Positions 48,341-58,314 of a DNA stretch of 64,000 nt are shown here, piece after piece. Position 1 is the first letter of the stretch; every line of letters starts with the position of its first letter. The notes beneath the pieces were generated by a model, which was given only the letters and a program-made list of their open reading frames with translations, had not been told where the DNA came from and made no database searches. The DNA lies in the NCBI GenBank assembly GCA_023133415.1, contig JAGLWM010000002.1, positions 24,081 through 88,080 on the forward strand, given 5' to 3'. A program made the position numbers and the translations under genes. The DNA is from Candidatus Pacearchaeota archaeon (lineage in GTDB: Archaea; Nanobdellota; Nanobdellia; Pacearchaeales; GW2011-AR1).

Positions 48341-48441
48341 TTTTAATTCTTAGCGACTTATACTTCGTTGAACGAACCCTCACGTACTCTTGTACGCTAC
48401 GGAACCGTTCGCCTTGCCTAAGTCTGCTAAGAATTAAAATT
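48339..48441. repeat. 103-bp fold-back element starting at the radA stop codon
   Basis: AATTTTAATTCTTAGC ... GCTAAGAATTAAAATT 16-bp IR; inner stems GACTTA/TAAGTC, GAACG/CGTTC, CGTAC/GTACG. Confidence 0.8.
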
Positions 48442-48936
48442 GTTGTTTTGGGATGTATGTATTTTTTGTAAAAGGTGGCTTTTGTGTACCGTCCGTCTTA
48501 TCTAAGTCTGCTACCTGAAATTTGAAGAGTATTCCGAATTATTATATAATTACTGGGAAAGAATTAAAATTGATTGGAGGGGTGAGATATAGGATTTTTG
48601 GAAAAGTATCGAAGACCGAGGAAAGTTGGCAGGGTAAAAGGTTTTGTTAATGAGATTAAAATGTATTTTAAGGTGAGGAGTATAATTAGTTCTGCAAAAG
48701 TTTATCCAGAGAGTGCGGAGAAAGATGCTAAGGATTTGTTTAAAATTTTTTTAAGATGATGATTTCAATGGATAAAGATGGGGAGAACTCAGAACTCAGA
48801 TGATGGAAAGGGAATGGGCGGGAGCTATAGGAAGATGAGGGGATTATTAGTGGTGGAGTGGTTAAGGATTTTTAGTTGTGGTAGTGTTAAGATTTTGCAG
48901 AAGTTTTATAAAGTATTTGTTTTATAGTATTTGAAG

Positions 48937-51900
48937 ATGGTGGTGAAATTTGGGAGATTTTCTTTGCTGGGAATTTTTTTGGTCGTCGGTGTTTTGATGG
49001 GGTTGGGGCTTGTTTCTGCGTGGGTTGATTGTATGAGTTTTGAGGAGATGAATGGGGGGACGGCTGATTCTTGTTATGCTGCTGAAGGTTGCGTTGTAAC
49101 TTCTGATGATGGAACTGTTTTTGGTTTTAATTCTAGTAATGTTGTTGTGGATCCTTTTTGTAGTTCTGATTATTCTAATTATTGTTGTTTGCCAAAGATG
49201 TGTTGGCAATGGGATGCGACTGATCAATCAACTTGTGAAACAAATGATAATACTTTGAATTGTACTTGGAATGGTTTTTCCGAAACATTCTATTTAATGA
49301 ATGGTTCTGAATATACTGTTAATGGAACTTGTCATGGGAATTGGGACGCTATGGGGGATGATAGTTGGGGAGGTGTTAGTGATGGTTGTTGGCAAAATGA
49401 TGGGAATAAGCAAGTATGTATGAATAGTGAGAATCAGCAGAAATGTTCTTGGAAGGAAAATGATCAGAATCAAAATCCTTGGTGTGGGGTAAAGACTTTG
49501 GGTGATGCTTTGATGAAGAATTCTGGGGCTACTAGTATTGATATAGGATGTTGTGAGCAGAAGGGTTGTTGGAGTTATGATGGTAATGAATCTCAGTGTA
49601 TGAGTGATGGAACTTTTTCAGGACTTTGTACTTATGTGAATAAAACTGATGATCCTTGGTGTCCTAATCCGGAGGGTTGCTGTTATGCTAAGTCGTGTTA
49701 TGAGATCGGTGATAATGAGACGCTTTGTAATAGCTTGAAAATGGATATGATGATGCCCTGTGTTTTTAATGAGAGTAATTCTGGTATCTGTGAGGATATG
49801 GGTGGTGGTGGATTTATGTTTTTTGAGGATAGTGATTCGTGTTTTAATCAGGGTGGGTGGTATAATTCTACAGGTGATTGTGTGATGCCTAGTGGTGATT
49901 TCGGTGCTGGTGCTGGTGGTTTTATGTTTGGTGGAGGAGCTCACTGTTGGTTTGCGGATAATCAGCCATTGGTTTGTGGGAATATAACTGGTTGTGCTTA
50001 TTGTGTTGAAGGTGATGGTCCGAATGGAGTAGATAATTCTTCTAATAATATTTGTAGTGGTGTTCAGGTTGGATGGTGTGAAGGACACGTGGCTGGAGAT
50101 ATAACTTATGATAATGCAGATAATAGTGATGATTTGGCTTGTTCACATATACAAATTAAGTCTGCTTGTAATTACGGGCCTTTGCCTAATTGTGTTTGGA
50201 ATTCTTCCGCGAATTTGACCGGTGCTTTTTGTGCACCTGGAGCGAGTTCTGTGGTAAAGTCTGCGCCTCCTGTTGGTTTTTGTGAGCATCCGGATTCTAA
50301 GAATAATTATACTTTATGTACGCAGTTGATTGAGGAGTTTATGATGCCGTGTGTCTGGGATAATAGTTCTACGATTGTGAAGAATTGTACATTTAATCCC
50401 GGGGCGGTGTTTGGTTCGGGAGGGGAAACTGATTTGGGGATGGTTGGTAGTGATACGGCTTGTACTGCTGCTGGAGGGACTTGGCAGACAGAGTATTATC
50501 TTGAGGACGATATTTTGAAACAGGATTCGTGGTGTGAGATGACTGGATTTTTTAGTGTTGATAATGGTGCTGGCGAGGGCAATAAAGGGAATTGTGATAC
50601 TTCGTGTTGGGCTTGTGAGTTTAAGTATGATGGCAGTGATTGGGAAAATGGGACAGTTGCGCAGAGTGCTTGTGTCGGTTCGGCTTTAGGATATTGCGCT
50701 TGGACAAATGATAGTAATTCATTTAACGGAAAGGGATGGTGTGATTATCCTACCGAGATGGAGAGTGGCGGGGCTAAAGATTGTAATTTTGAGTGTGAAG
50801 GGTGTAATTTTATGAATAATCCTGAGAGTGCTTGCTTAGGTAGTGTTGTTGATTGTAAGTGGGTTGATGATGACCAGTCAGCTATTAATGGTTCTTGTGT
50901 TGATACATCAAAGAAGGTTTGCGATAGTGATTGTTTCTCATGTTATGATTCTGATAATTGCTATAATAGTAATGTTAGTTGTTCGTGGGATAATGATTTC
51001 GCATTATGTAAGCCGATGGGATATGAGGGGGAGGTTTGTTTTAATGGGGTAGATGATGATGGAGATGGGATGGTTGATTGCGGAGATCCTGATTGTGGTT
51101 TTGATAATTTCTGTGGGGGTTCGGTATTTGGGGGAGATTGTTTTGCCCAGATTAATGAGGGAGATTGTAACACAACATTTGCATTTGAATTAGGAGGGGA
51201 TGATTTGAATTGCACTTGGGTGACTAATGATTGGGATAGTGAGGGACATTGTGATATGCCCGGTTCTAATTGTTGGCAGTATGATAGTGATTTGGTTGCT
51301 TGCGGGGCTATTCCTGGATGTACGAATGATTCTAGTAATATGATGATGGGCGGAAATTCTATGTGTGATATTAATATGACTAAAGTGGATGCATCTAATT
51401 GTTGGGGTAATAATAATGAGAGTGTTTGTTCTGGAGATTGTCAGTGGGTTAATGATAGTTGGTGTGAGACAGAGGAAGCAGCTGGAAATGAGTGGTGTAA
51501 TAGTACTGGTGGATGGTGTGATTTTAAACCGTTTGCGACTTGTATGAGTTTGAATTCAACTAGTTGTGGAGCTAATTCTAATTGCACTTGGCATAATGAT
51601 GGTTTTTCTATGACAGCTGGAGAGGAGGATGGCTGGTGCGATGTGGCTTGTTTTAATCCGGATTGGCTGGTTGATGAGTGTGAAAATGTTAGTTTAGGAG
51701 GGCTTTGTGAATATAGAAATATGAGTGAGACTTGTCAGCCGGAGATCTTTATGATGATGGGAATGGGGGGTGGAGGGAAATCCGGATGTTGGCAATATGA
51801 TGGGAACGAAACAGGGTGTGGATTGAATAGTTTTAATTGCCAGTATAAAAATGATAGTTATGCTAATAATAATAAATCTGTTACGGAGCCTGCGGGATGG

Positions 51901-53643
51901 TGTATGGATAAAGCAGAGTTTGAGCATTTTGGAGATATGAAAGGGGATGTTATTGAGTTAGCTATGGATGCTGGGAATAGTTTTGGACAGAATGGTCCAG
52001 AGAATGAATCTGGTGTTAGTGGGGAGGTCGATTTGATTGGAATGGGAATGAGGGTGACTGATAATGGGTTTAATTTTGGTGCTGGGGTTTATAATATTAG
52101 TAGTGCTTTAGTGTGTAATGGATATATGGTTGGAGCTGGAATGAGCTTTGATGGGAGTGTAAATGAGGGGGATTTGGGTGAAGGGGATGCTACGACGAAG
52201 TTTTATTGGTATTTGGATACAAATGGTAATGAGTCTGATGGGTGTATTGCTTATGGCGGAAGTAATAGTAGTGGTTATGAATTTATGATTAGTTATATTT
52301 CAAGTAATGAAACTGGGAGTATTGTGGAGACCAAGAAGCTTATGAAATGTGGTGATGATGGATGGGTGTCTACTAATGTAATGATTACTACAAGTAAACA
52401 GATGAGTTGCGGAGAGATTGGTGGCGTGATGGTTGCTGTAGAGAAACAGGGTTTAGAATCGTTTGCGGAGTATGATAAGACTGCGAATATGAGAATTTTT
52501 ATGGCAAGTTCTAATGGTAGTGATTCTAGAACGGATCCTTCAGATTATATTGGTCCGGGATATTATACTCCGGGTATGATTGATTTTGGTTTTGTGGATT
52601 GTTCTAATCCTAATACTAAAGATCCGAAGTGTAAGAATATGCAGAAGTTTGGGTTTAATGTTTTTGAGGAGTGTATGAACGGCGTTGATGATGATGAGAA
52701 TGGTTTGGTTGATTGTTATGATCCCATGTGTTTGTTTACACCTAAGTGTGCGGAACTTTTAGGATTGGATGCATTCGCATTCGCGATAGTAGATGGTGAT
52801 AAGACCGCTCCGACGGTGATGTTTAGTGAAGTTGATGTTTTGTCAGATGCGGCGTTTATGAAGATTGATACCAATGAACCGTCTAGCTTAAATGTAACCT
52901 TTTACCATAATGATTCTACCTGTAGCGTTGAAGACACTGTTTTGAGTGATGTGGGAGATGATGCGTATCAGGCTTATGCAAAGTTTAAACCGTTCCATTC
53001 TGTTGATTTGATGGATGATAATTTAAACAATTCTTTAGAAAATGGAACTACTTATTATTATAAAATTAAGGTTTGTGACCCTTCGGATAATTGTGCGGTT
53101 TCTGCTTGTTCTAATTTTACGACGGAATCTAGTGATGTAGCCAAACAATTTATTTTTAAGCTTGATTTGCCTGATGGGTATACTGTTGATATTCCTGCTC
53201 TGAATGAGACGAGCTATAATTTTACTAAGGAGTTCGGAGGGGTGGTTTATGATGTGGGTATTAAGACGAATACTTCGGTCACTAAGAATATGAATTTTAC
53301 TGTGCACAGTAATTGTGGTAGTGGTATGAGTATTGGGTTTTATGGTGTGAATATTTTTGAACCTACAAAAATTGATTTGTCTAACGCGTTTATTTGTGAT
53401 GAGGATACGAATATGATGGGAATGAATTCAAGTCTTAAAAAATGGGATACCTTAATTGACGAGATGCATCTTGGAGGGGCTAGTGATTATATCCAGATAG
53501 AGATGCCAGTTGCATATAATTCCGCTAATACTTTTAATTTTGTGGATGATGGTGGGCTTAATCCTCAGGATGTTGATGATTATGTAAATTGTTCGGGGAC
53601 GACTACAACGGTTTGTAAGGTTCCTGTGTCATTGGGATTTTAA
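48937..53643 (+). CDS. Very large Cys-rich secreted surface protein
   Basis: Signal peptide; repeated CW.(Y/W)D....C modules; two C.NGVDDD..G.VDC.DP.C Ca-binding-like motifs; FN3-like TTYYYKIKVCD. Confidence 0.8.
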   Translation: MVVKFGRFSLLGIFLVVGVLMGLGLVSAWVDCMSFEEMNGGTADSCYAAEGCVVTSDDGTVFGFNSSNVVVDPFCSSDYSNYCCLPKMCWQWDATDQSTCETNDNTLNCTWNGFSETFYLMNGSEYTVNGTCHGNWDAMGDDSWGGVSDGCWQNDGNKQVCMNSENQQKCSWKENDQNQNPWCGVKTLGDALMKNSGATSIDIGCCEQKGCWSYDGNESQCMSDGTFSGLCTYVNKTDDPWCPNPEGCCYAKSCYEIGDNETLCNSLKMDMMMPCVFNESNSGICEDMGGGGFMFFEDSDSCFNQGGWYNSTGDCVMPSGDFGAGAGGFMFGGGAHCWFADNQPLVCGNITGCAYCVEGDGPNGVDNSSNNICSGVQVGWCEGHVAGDITYDNADNSDDLACSHIQIKSACNYGPLPNCVWNSSANLTGAFCAPGASSVVKSAPPVGFCEHPDSKNNYTLCTQLIEEFMMPCVWDNSSTIVKNCTFNPGAVFGSGGETDLGMVGSDTACTAAGGTWQTEYYLEDDILKQDSWCEMTGFFSVDNGAGEGNKGNCDTSCWACEFKYDGSDWENGTVAQSACVGSALGYCAWTNDSNSFNGKGWCDYPTEMESGGAKDCNFECEGCNFMNNPESACLGSVVDCKWVDDDQSAINGSCVDTSKKVCDSDCFSCYDSDNCYNSNVSCSWDNDFALCKPMGYEGEVCFNGVDDDGDGMVDCGDPDCGFDNFCGGSVFGGDCFAQINEGDCNTTFAFELGGDDLNCTWVTNDWDSEGHCDMPGSNCWQYDSDLVACGAIPGCTNDSSNMMMGGNSMCDINMTKVDASNCWGNNNESVCSGDCQWVNDSWCETEEAAGNEWCNSTGGWCDFKPFATCMSLNSTSCGANSNCTWHNDGFSMTAGEEDGWCDVACFNPDWLVDECENVSLGGLCEYRNMSETCQPEIFMMMGMGGGGKSGCWQYDGNETGCGLNSFNCQYKNDSYANNNKSVTEPAGWCMDKAEFEHFGDMKGDVIELAMDAGNSFGQNGPENESGVSGEVDLIGMGMRVTDNGFNFGAGVYNISSALVCNGYMVGAGMSFDGSVNEGDLGEGDATTKFYWYLDTNGNESDGCIAYGGSNSSGYEFMISYISSNETGSIVETKKLMKCGDDGWVSTNVMITTSKQMSCGEIGGVMVAVEKQGLESFAEYDKTANMRIFMASSNGSDSRTDPSDYIGPGYYTPGMIDFGFVDCSNPNTKDPKCKNMQKFGFNVFEECMNGVDDDENGLVDCYDPMCLFTPKCAELLGLDAFAFAIVDGDKTAPTVMFSEVDVLSDAAFMKIDTNEPSSLNVTFYHNDSTCSVEDTVLSDVGDDAYQAYAKFKPFHSVDLMDDNLNNSLENGTTYYYKIKVCDPSDNCAVSACSNFTTESSDVAKQFIFKLDLPDGYTVDIPALNETSYNFTKEFGGVVYDVGIKTNTSVTKNMNFTVHSNCGSGMSIGFYGVNIFEPTKIDLSNAFICDEDTNMMGMNSSLKKWDTLIDEMHLGGASDYIQIEMPVAYNSANTFNFVDDGGLNPQDVDDYVNCSGTTTTVCKVPVSLGF

Positions 53644-53644
53644 G

Positions 53645-54007
53645 ATGGAAATGAAAAAAATTGAGTGTTTTGTGGGAATATTTTTGGTTGGGTTTATAAT
53701 GTTTGGTTTAGTTTCTGGTGCAGGTTATAATATCGTTGTGCCTTCTGCTACACCTGATGGTAATGATGGTTCAGGCGGAAGTGGTGGGGGCGGTGCTACT
53801 ACTAATGTTACAGATAATGAAACAGTTTCTAGTGATGAAGCGAGTGAGGAAGGGAGTGCTGAAAAAGATGTTTCTGAGGGGGATGAATCAGTTGGTGAAG
53901 GGGTTATAGAGGATATTAAAGATGGTAGTTTGGGCGTATGGGTTTTGATTATCGCGGTTATTATAATTGTTGCTGGGGTTGTTTTTTGGAAGAAGCGGAT
54001 TAATTAG
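53645..54007 (+). CDS. Small secreted protein with Gly/acidic linker and C-terminal TM anchor
   Basis: Signal peptide; GGSGGGG linker; TM followed by KKR. Confidence 0.7.
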   Translation: MEMKKIECFVGIFLVGFIMFGLVSGAGYNIVVPSATPDGNDGSGGSGGGGATTNVTDNETVSSDEASEEGSAEKDVSEGDESVGEGVIEDIKDGSLGVWVLIIAVIIIVAGVVFWKKRIN

Positions 54008-54161
54008 TGGTAGTAGTTAGTTGTTCTATAAAAAATAATGATGAGCCAAATTAGAATTAGATTTAAGAAAAATGGTTTTAGTTTTTGATTTTATTTGGAA
54101 AGATTTTTTAGAAAGGTTATAACTATACAAATTTTTAAAAAGGGACATTTCGTTTTTGTGT

Positions 54162-55634
54162 ATGGTAGATGTTTTGGAAAAAGCTGGCGAGGAAGGATTG
54201 GCTTTGACTTTTGATGATGTTCTTTTGGTTCCTGCGTATAGCGACGTTGTTCCGGCGAATGTTGACCTGAATACGAATCTTACTTCTGATATTTCTTTGA
54301 AGATTCCGTTGATTAGTGCGGATATGGATACCGTTAGTGGTGCGGATATGGCGAGGGCTATGGCACTTCAGGGAGGGATTGGTTTTCTTTGGAAGTCAAG
54401 TCTGGAGGAGCAGGTTTTTGCTGTTGAGGATGTTAAGAATACTTTAAATAGGAAAATTGATAAGCCGATTAGTGTCGGGTCTAATAAGACCAAGAGGGAT
54501 GTTCTTAAGATTTTGGAGCGTTATCAGAATCGATTTTCTTCGTTGGTTGTTGTTGATGAAGATAGGCGTGTGGTTGGGTTGGTTACGGGGGATAAGACGC
54601 GGTTTGCTAAGGATGAGAGTTTGGTTAGGGATTTTATGGTAGAGGACGTGATTGTTTCTGGTGAGGATACGAGTGTTTTGGGGGCTTATAATTTAATGAA
54701 GAAATCTATGGTTCCGAAATTGATTTTGACGGATTCGGAAGGGAGATTAGCTGGGATGTATTGTTTTGGAGATGTGAAGAGTATTATTGAAGGGGATAGA
54801 AATTTGTATAATGTGGACGCGCGGGGGCAGTTGAGGGTTGGTGCGAATATTGGTGTTAATGATTTGGAGCGGGCGGAGAGGTTGTTGAGGAAGGGTTGTG
54901 ATGTGTTGTTGATTGGGACAGCGCATGGGTATTCAAAGAATGTGATTGAAACAGTGAAGGCTGTTAGGGATAATTTTAAGGGGAAATATGATTTTGGTTT
55001 GGTTGCTGGGAATGTTGCAACCTATGAAGGGGCGAGGGCTTTGTTTGAGGCTGGTGCTGATGCTGTGAAGGTTGGGATTGGTCCGGGTTCGATTTGCACA
55101 ACGAGGGTTGTTGCTGGGGCGGGTGTTCCTCAGATGACGGCGATTTACGAAGTGGTTAGGGCTGCAAAAGAATTTGGGAGATATGTTATTGCTGATGGTG
55201 GGATTAGGTATAGTGGAGATATTGTTAAGGCTATGGGTGCTGGGGCTTCGTGTGTTATGATGGGGAGTGTTTTTGCTGGCGCGGAGGAAGCTCCTGGTGA
55301 GTCAATGAAGGTGGGCGGTCAGAAGTTTAAGAGTTATCGGGGGATGGGTTCGCAGGGGGCAATGAAAGATAATTTGAGTTCTTTAGAAAGATATTCTCAG
55401 AAGACCGGGAAAATGGTTCCTGAAGGTGTTGAAGGGATGGTGCCGTATAAAGGGAAGGTTTGTGAGATTATTTTTCAGTATCTTGGTGGGCTTAGATCGG
55501 GGATGGGGTATGTTGGTGCGAAGAATATTTTGGAGTTACAGAAAGCGAAATTTAATCGAGTTACGAATGCGGGGCAAGTTGAAGCTAGGCCGCATGATGT
55601 GGAGATAATCAAAAAATCTTCCAACTATAAATAA
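54162..55634 (+). CDS. guaB: Inosine-5'-monophosphate dehydrogenase
   Basis: [20 protein letters not shown] pair, [31 protein letters not shown]. Confidence 0.96.
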   Translation: MVDVLEKAGEEGLALTFDDVLLVPAYSDVVPANVDLNTNLTSDISLKIPLISADMDTVSGADMARAMALQGGIGFLWKSSLEEQVFAVEDVKNTLNRKIDKPISVGSNKTKRDVLKILERYQNRFSSLVVVDEDRRVVGLVTGDKTRFAKDESLVRDFMVEDVIVSGEDTSVLGAYNLMKKSMVPKLILTDSEGRLAGMYCFGDVKSIIEGDRNLYNVDARGQLRVGANIGVNDLERAERLLRKGCDVLLIGTAHGYSKNVIETVKAVRDNFKGKYDFGLVAGNVATYEGARALFEAGADAVKVGIGPGSICTTRVVAGAGVPQMTAIYEVVRAAKEFGRYVIADGGIRYSGDIVKAMGAGASCVMMGSVFAGAEEAPGESMKVGGQKFKSYRGMGSQGAMKDNLSSLERYSQKTGKMVPEGVEGMVPYKGKVCEIIFQYLGGLRSGMGYVGAKNILELQKAKFNRVTNAGQVEARPHDVEIIKKSSNYK

Positions 55635-55688
55635 ATTAAAATTGTTGATTGAGTGAATGTTTATTAAGTTTAAATTTTTTATTGAGTT

Positions 55689-56342
55689 ATGGAATCAAAT
55701 AAGAAGTCCTCGGAATTTAATTTTTATGAGGCGGCATTGGTTAAGCGGACTGAGTTGTTTAAGGATTGTACTAATATTGTTGTGGGTGGTGGGGATTTGA
55801 ACGCGGATATTTTATTTGTTGGGGAGGCGCCGGGGCGGAACGAGGATTTGACTGGTGTTCCTTTCTGTGGGGCGGCTGGTAAGAATTTAGACAAGTTGTT
55901 GGATAGTGTGGGATTGAAGAGGAGCGATATTTATATTGCGAATATTTTGAAATGCCGACCGCCGTTGAATCGGGATCCGTTGCCTGAGGAGATTAGAGCA
56001 CATACTCCGTGGTTATTGAAGCAGATTAAAGATATGAAGCCAAAGGTGGTTTGTTCGCTTGGGAATTATGCGACGAAGTTTTTTTTGGCGTTAGGCGATG
56101 TTGAGAATATGAATGGTCAGCCGGGGATTACACAGGTTCATGGGCAAGTTCGGGAAATTGAGATTCGGTATTCGGGATTGGGTATTCGGGATTCGGAGGG
56201 GCAGGGGGCAGGGGCGGTTTTGAAGTTTAAACTAATTCCGCTATTTCATCCTGCGGCGATTATTTATAATAGAACGAAGTTGACTCCGTTGTGGGAAACG
56301 GATATGGAAATAGTTAAGAGAGAGACGAGAGTTAGGGATTAG
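55689..56342 (+). CDS. udg: Family 4 uracil-DNA glycosylase with in-frame repeat insertion
   Basis: GEAPG..ED..G.PFCGAAG, KCRPP.NRDP, FHPAA. Confidence 0.9.
   Translation: MESNKKSSEFNFYEAALVKRTELFKDCTNIVVGGGDLNADILFVGEAPGRNEDLTGVPFCGAAGKNLDKLLDSVGLKRSDIYIANILKCRPPLNRDPLPEEIRAHTPWLLKQIKDMKPKVVCSLGNYATKFFLALGDVENMNGQPGITQVHGQVREIEIRYSGLGIRDSEGQGAGAVLKFKLIPLFHPAAIIYNRTKLTPLWETDMEIVKRETRVRD
56161..56216 (+). repeat. Heptamer tract inside the udg CDS
   Basis: AGATTCG GTATTCG GGATTGG GTATTCG GGATTCG then GGGGCAG repeats. Confidence 0.75.
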
Positions 56343-56348
56343 GTATTA

Positions 56349-56510
56349 GGCCGCTCAGCATATTCCTAATATTTGGCAGTTCTGCATACCCGTTGGATTG
56401 GGCACTAGAATCTGCAAGTAGGCATCCCAAATTGCTTGGCAGTTCTGCACACCCTAAATTGCGAAGTCTTGGGGCGAATTTTAGGGTAGGATTTGGGATT
56501 TGGTATTTGG
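56349..56510 (+). repeat. Compound family B repeat flanked by heptamer tracts
   Basis: Two GGCAGTTCTGCA(T/C)ACCC units ending TCTTGGGGCG; followed by GGATTTG GGATTTG GTATTTG. Confidence 0.8.
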
Positions 56511-56617
56511 AAGGGAACGGGGTATCGGGATATTTTTTCTTTTGTCAAATAAAAGAAATGCTCACATATTTTTTAAAGAAAAGGAAGTAAAAAATATGCA
56601 ATTTCCAGAAGTTTTTA

Positions 56618-56911
56618 TTAAATAACTTCTTCAACTTTCTTTCCTGATTCTTCCTTAAACTTAATTCCTTTTTCTTTTAAGGCAGATTTCATATTCTCGC
56701 CAAATTTTCCTGCAATTGCGAAATTAACTTTTTTATCAGCTAACATATATGCTACAGAAAAACCAGCTCCGCCGCCTCCTGTTGCGAAAGGGTTCTTCAC
56801 TGATTCTATTAACTTTTTATCTTGAAAAATAAGATAATAAGGTGCTCTTCCGCCTCTTTGACTTATTTCTGAAGTTTTATTTTTTCCTTCTGATGCTACA
56901 GCTATTTTCAT
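56618..56911 (-). CDS. NifB/NifX (dinitrogenase Fe-Mo cofactor) family protein
   Basis: MKIAVA...GRAPYYLI...NP...GGAG...GKFG. Confidence 0.85.
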   Translation of the reverse strand: MKIAVASEGKNKTSEISQRGGRAPYYLIFQDKKLIESVKNPFATGGGGAGFSVAYMLADKKVNFAIAGKFGENMKSALKEKGIKFKEESGKKVEEVI

Positions 56912-57420
56912 TTTTTAACCTCCATTAATTTATTTATTAATATTCCTTGGATAATAGATGCGATTATCATAACAAAAGATAAAATCAAAATGTATTTCCA
57001 TCCAAAATAGAAAATAGCAATTGGCAATAAAGGAATTTTAATTGCTCTATTGTATAAAAAACAAGCAATGAGTCCGTAACTTAAACCTTTATTTTTTAAA
57101 TCTGCCAGAAGCGGATACCACATATAGATTGGTCCTGTGGACAATATGCCTCCAATAATAGTAAAAAACCATTTTTTAATTCCTTTTTCTCTAAGATGTT
57201 TCATTACAAATTTTGGAGTTATAAAATAGTTACTTAAACTCATTAAAACGAAAACAAGAATAAATATGGGAATTATTTTCAGAAGAATATTATAAAAAAA
57301 GTTCATGCTTGAAGAAAATAAATCTTTCCTAAAGATAAATAACAAAAGATAAATTAATAATATAGTTATTAGAAAGTACCAAGATCCCGAAATCTGTTTT
57401 AATTTATTTTTTATATCCAT
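56908..57420 (-). CDS. DUF318/ArsP-like permease subunit
   Basis: GGILSTGPIYMWYPLL..LK.KG; multi-TM. Confidence 0.75.
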   Translation of the reverse strand: MDIKNKLKQISGSWYFLITILLIYLLLFIFRKDLFSSSMNFFYNILLKIIPIFILVFVLMSLSNYFITPKFVMKHLREKGIKKWFFTIIGGILSTGPIYMWYPLLADLKNKGLSYGLIACFLYNRAIKIPLLPIAIFYFGWKYILILSFVMIIASIIQGILINKLMEVKK

Positions 57421-57421
57421 A

Positions 57422-57832
57422 TTAAAATATCTCCAAAATTAGTATTGTAATTATAGCCACGACAATAGCTAAAATAAATGCTGTGATGTTTCTTAACAAA
57501 GCAAATTTTTTTCCTAAGATTGTTGATTCTGCTGGCAGTTGTATTAATCCAACTGTTACCCATGCAACTAAAAAAGCAGTAACAGCCAACAGGCTAATGC
57601 CTTGAGTTAAAAGTTCGCCTCCAAAAATATAACTTGTTATGGGATTTCCTGCGGATATACTGCCAACTAAACTTCCAATGATAGAATCTGAAAATATGTT
57701 TTTAGTGAATACGGTTGTGTAAAATGATTTTGGGATTAAAATGGAAATTAAACTTATAAGTAAAATGGTTCCAAATATCATAGGAAATGCTTTCCATAAT
57801 CCTTTCCCGGCCTTTATTATGGCTTTCTTCAT
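57422..57832 (-). CDS. DUF318/ArsP-like permease subunit
   Basis: GSISAGNPITSY...WVTVG..QLPAE...LGKKFALLRN. Confidence 0.75.
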   Translation of the reverse strand: MKKAIIKAGKGLWKAFPMIFGTILLISLISILIPKSFYTTVFTKNIFSDSIIGSLVGSISAGNPITSYIFGGELLTQGISLLAVTAFLVAWVTVGLIQLPAESTILGKKFALLRNITAFILAIVVAIITILILEIF

Positions 57833-57833
57833 A

Positions 57834-58172
57834 TCAATGATTGCAGTTCGAATTTAATTTTTTGAGATTATTTATGTTTTCAATAACTCCTTTCACGGTT
57901 TCGTAATTGCCTGTTCTAAGCTTCACTCCTTTTTTGTTAAATAATACTATTGCTCTTTGTCCTATACCTAATGAGAATACAATATCGGGTCTAAATTCCA
58001 TAATTTGGTCAACAGGAGTTATATCAAGGTTTGAGTGTTCCAGTTTATTCTTTATTATTGTAATTTCTTTTGTGCCTGTTTCATAAATCGCGAAATGAGA
58101 ACAATGACCAAAATGTTCACTGAGTTTGGAATTAAGTCCTTTGTTTTCATCTATTGCTATTAATAATTTCAT
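57834..58172 (-). CDS. NifB/NifX family protein
   Basis: SEHFGHCSHFAIY...GIGQRA. Confidence 0.85.
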   Translation of the reverse strand: MKLLIAIDENKGLNSKLSEHFGHCSHFAIYETGTKEITIIKNKLEHSNLDITPVDQIMEFRPDIVFSLGIGQRAIVLFNKKGVKLRTGNYETVKGVIENINNLKKLNSNCNH

Positions 58173-58314
58173 TTCTTCTTTTAGAGCACTTGGTTTTAGT
58201 TATGAATACATAGTCATTATATTATTTAAATATTTCGTCCTGCATAAATGTTTGCCTGAAGGATTGCATTCTTCTTTTAAAAATAATTGAGTTTAATATG
58301 AGATTATTGATTAA

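Noticed and set aside
48339-48441. tRNA or known ncRNA
   Set aside because: No cloverleaf or TTC(G/A)A T-loop, and the closing stem is AT-rich; kept only as a fold-back repeat
56393-56590. 65-aa ORF
   Set aside because: Derived from family B and heptamer repeats, with a non-ATG start
56618-58172. Nitrogen fixation genes
   Set aside because: NifB/NifX-like small proteins with DUF318-type permeases occur widely without nitrogenase; no nifHDK present
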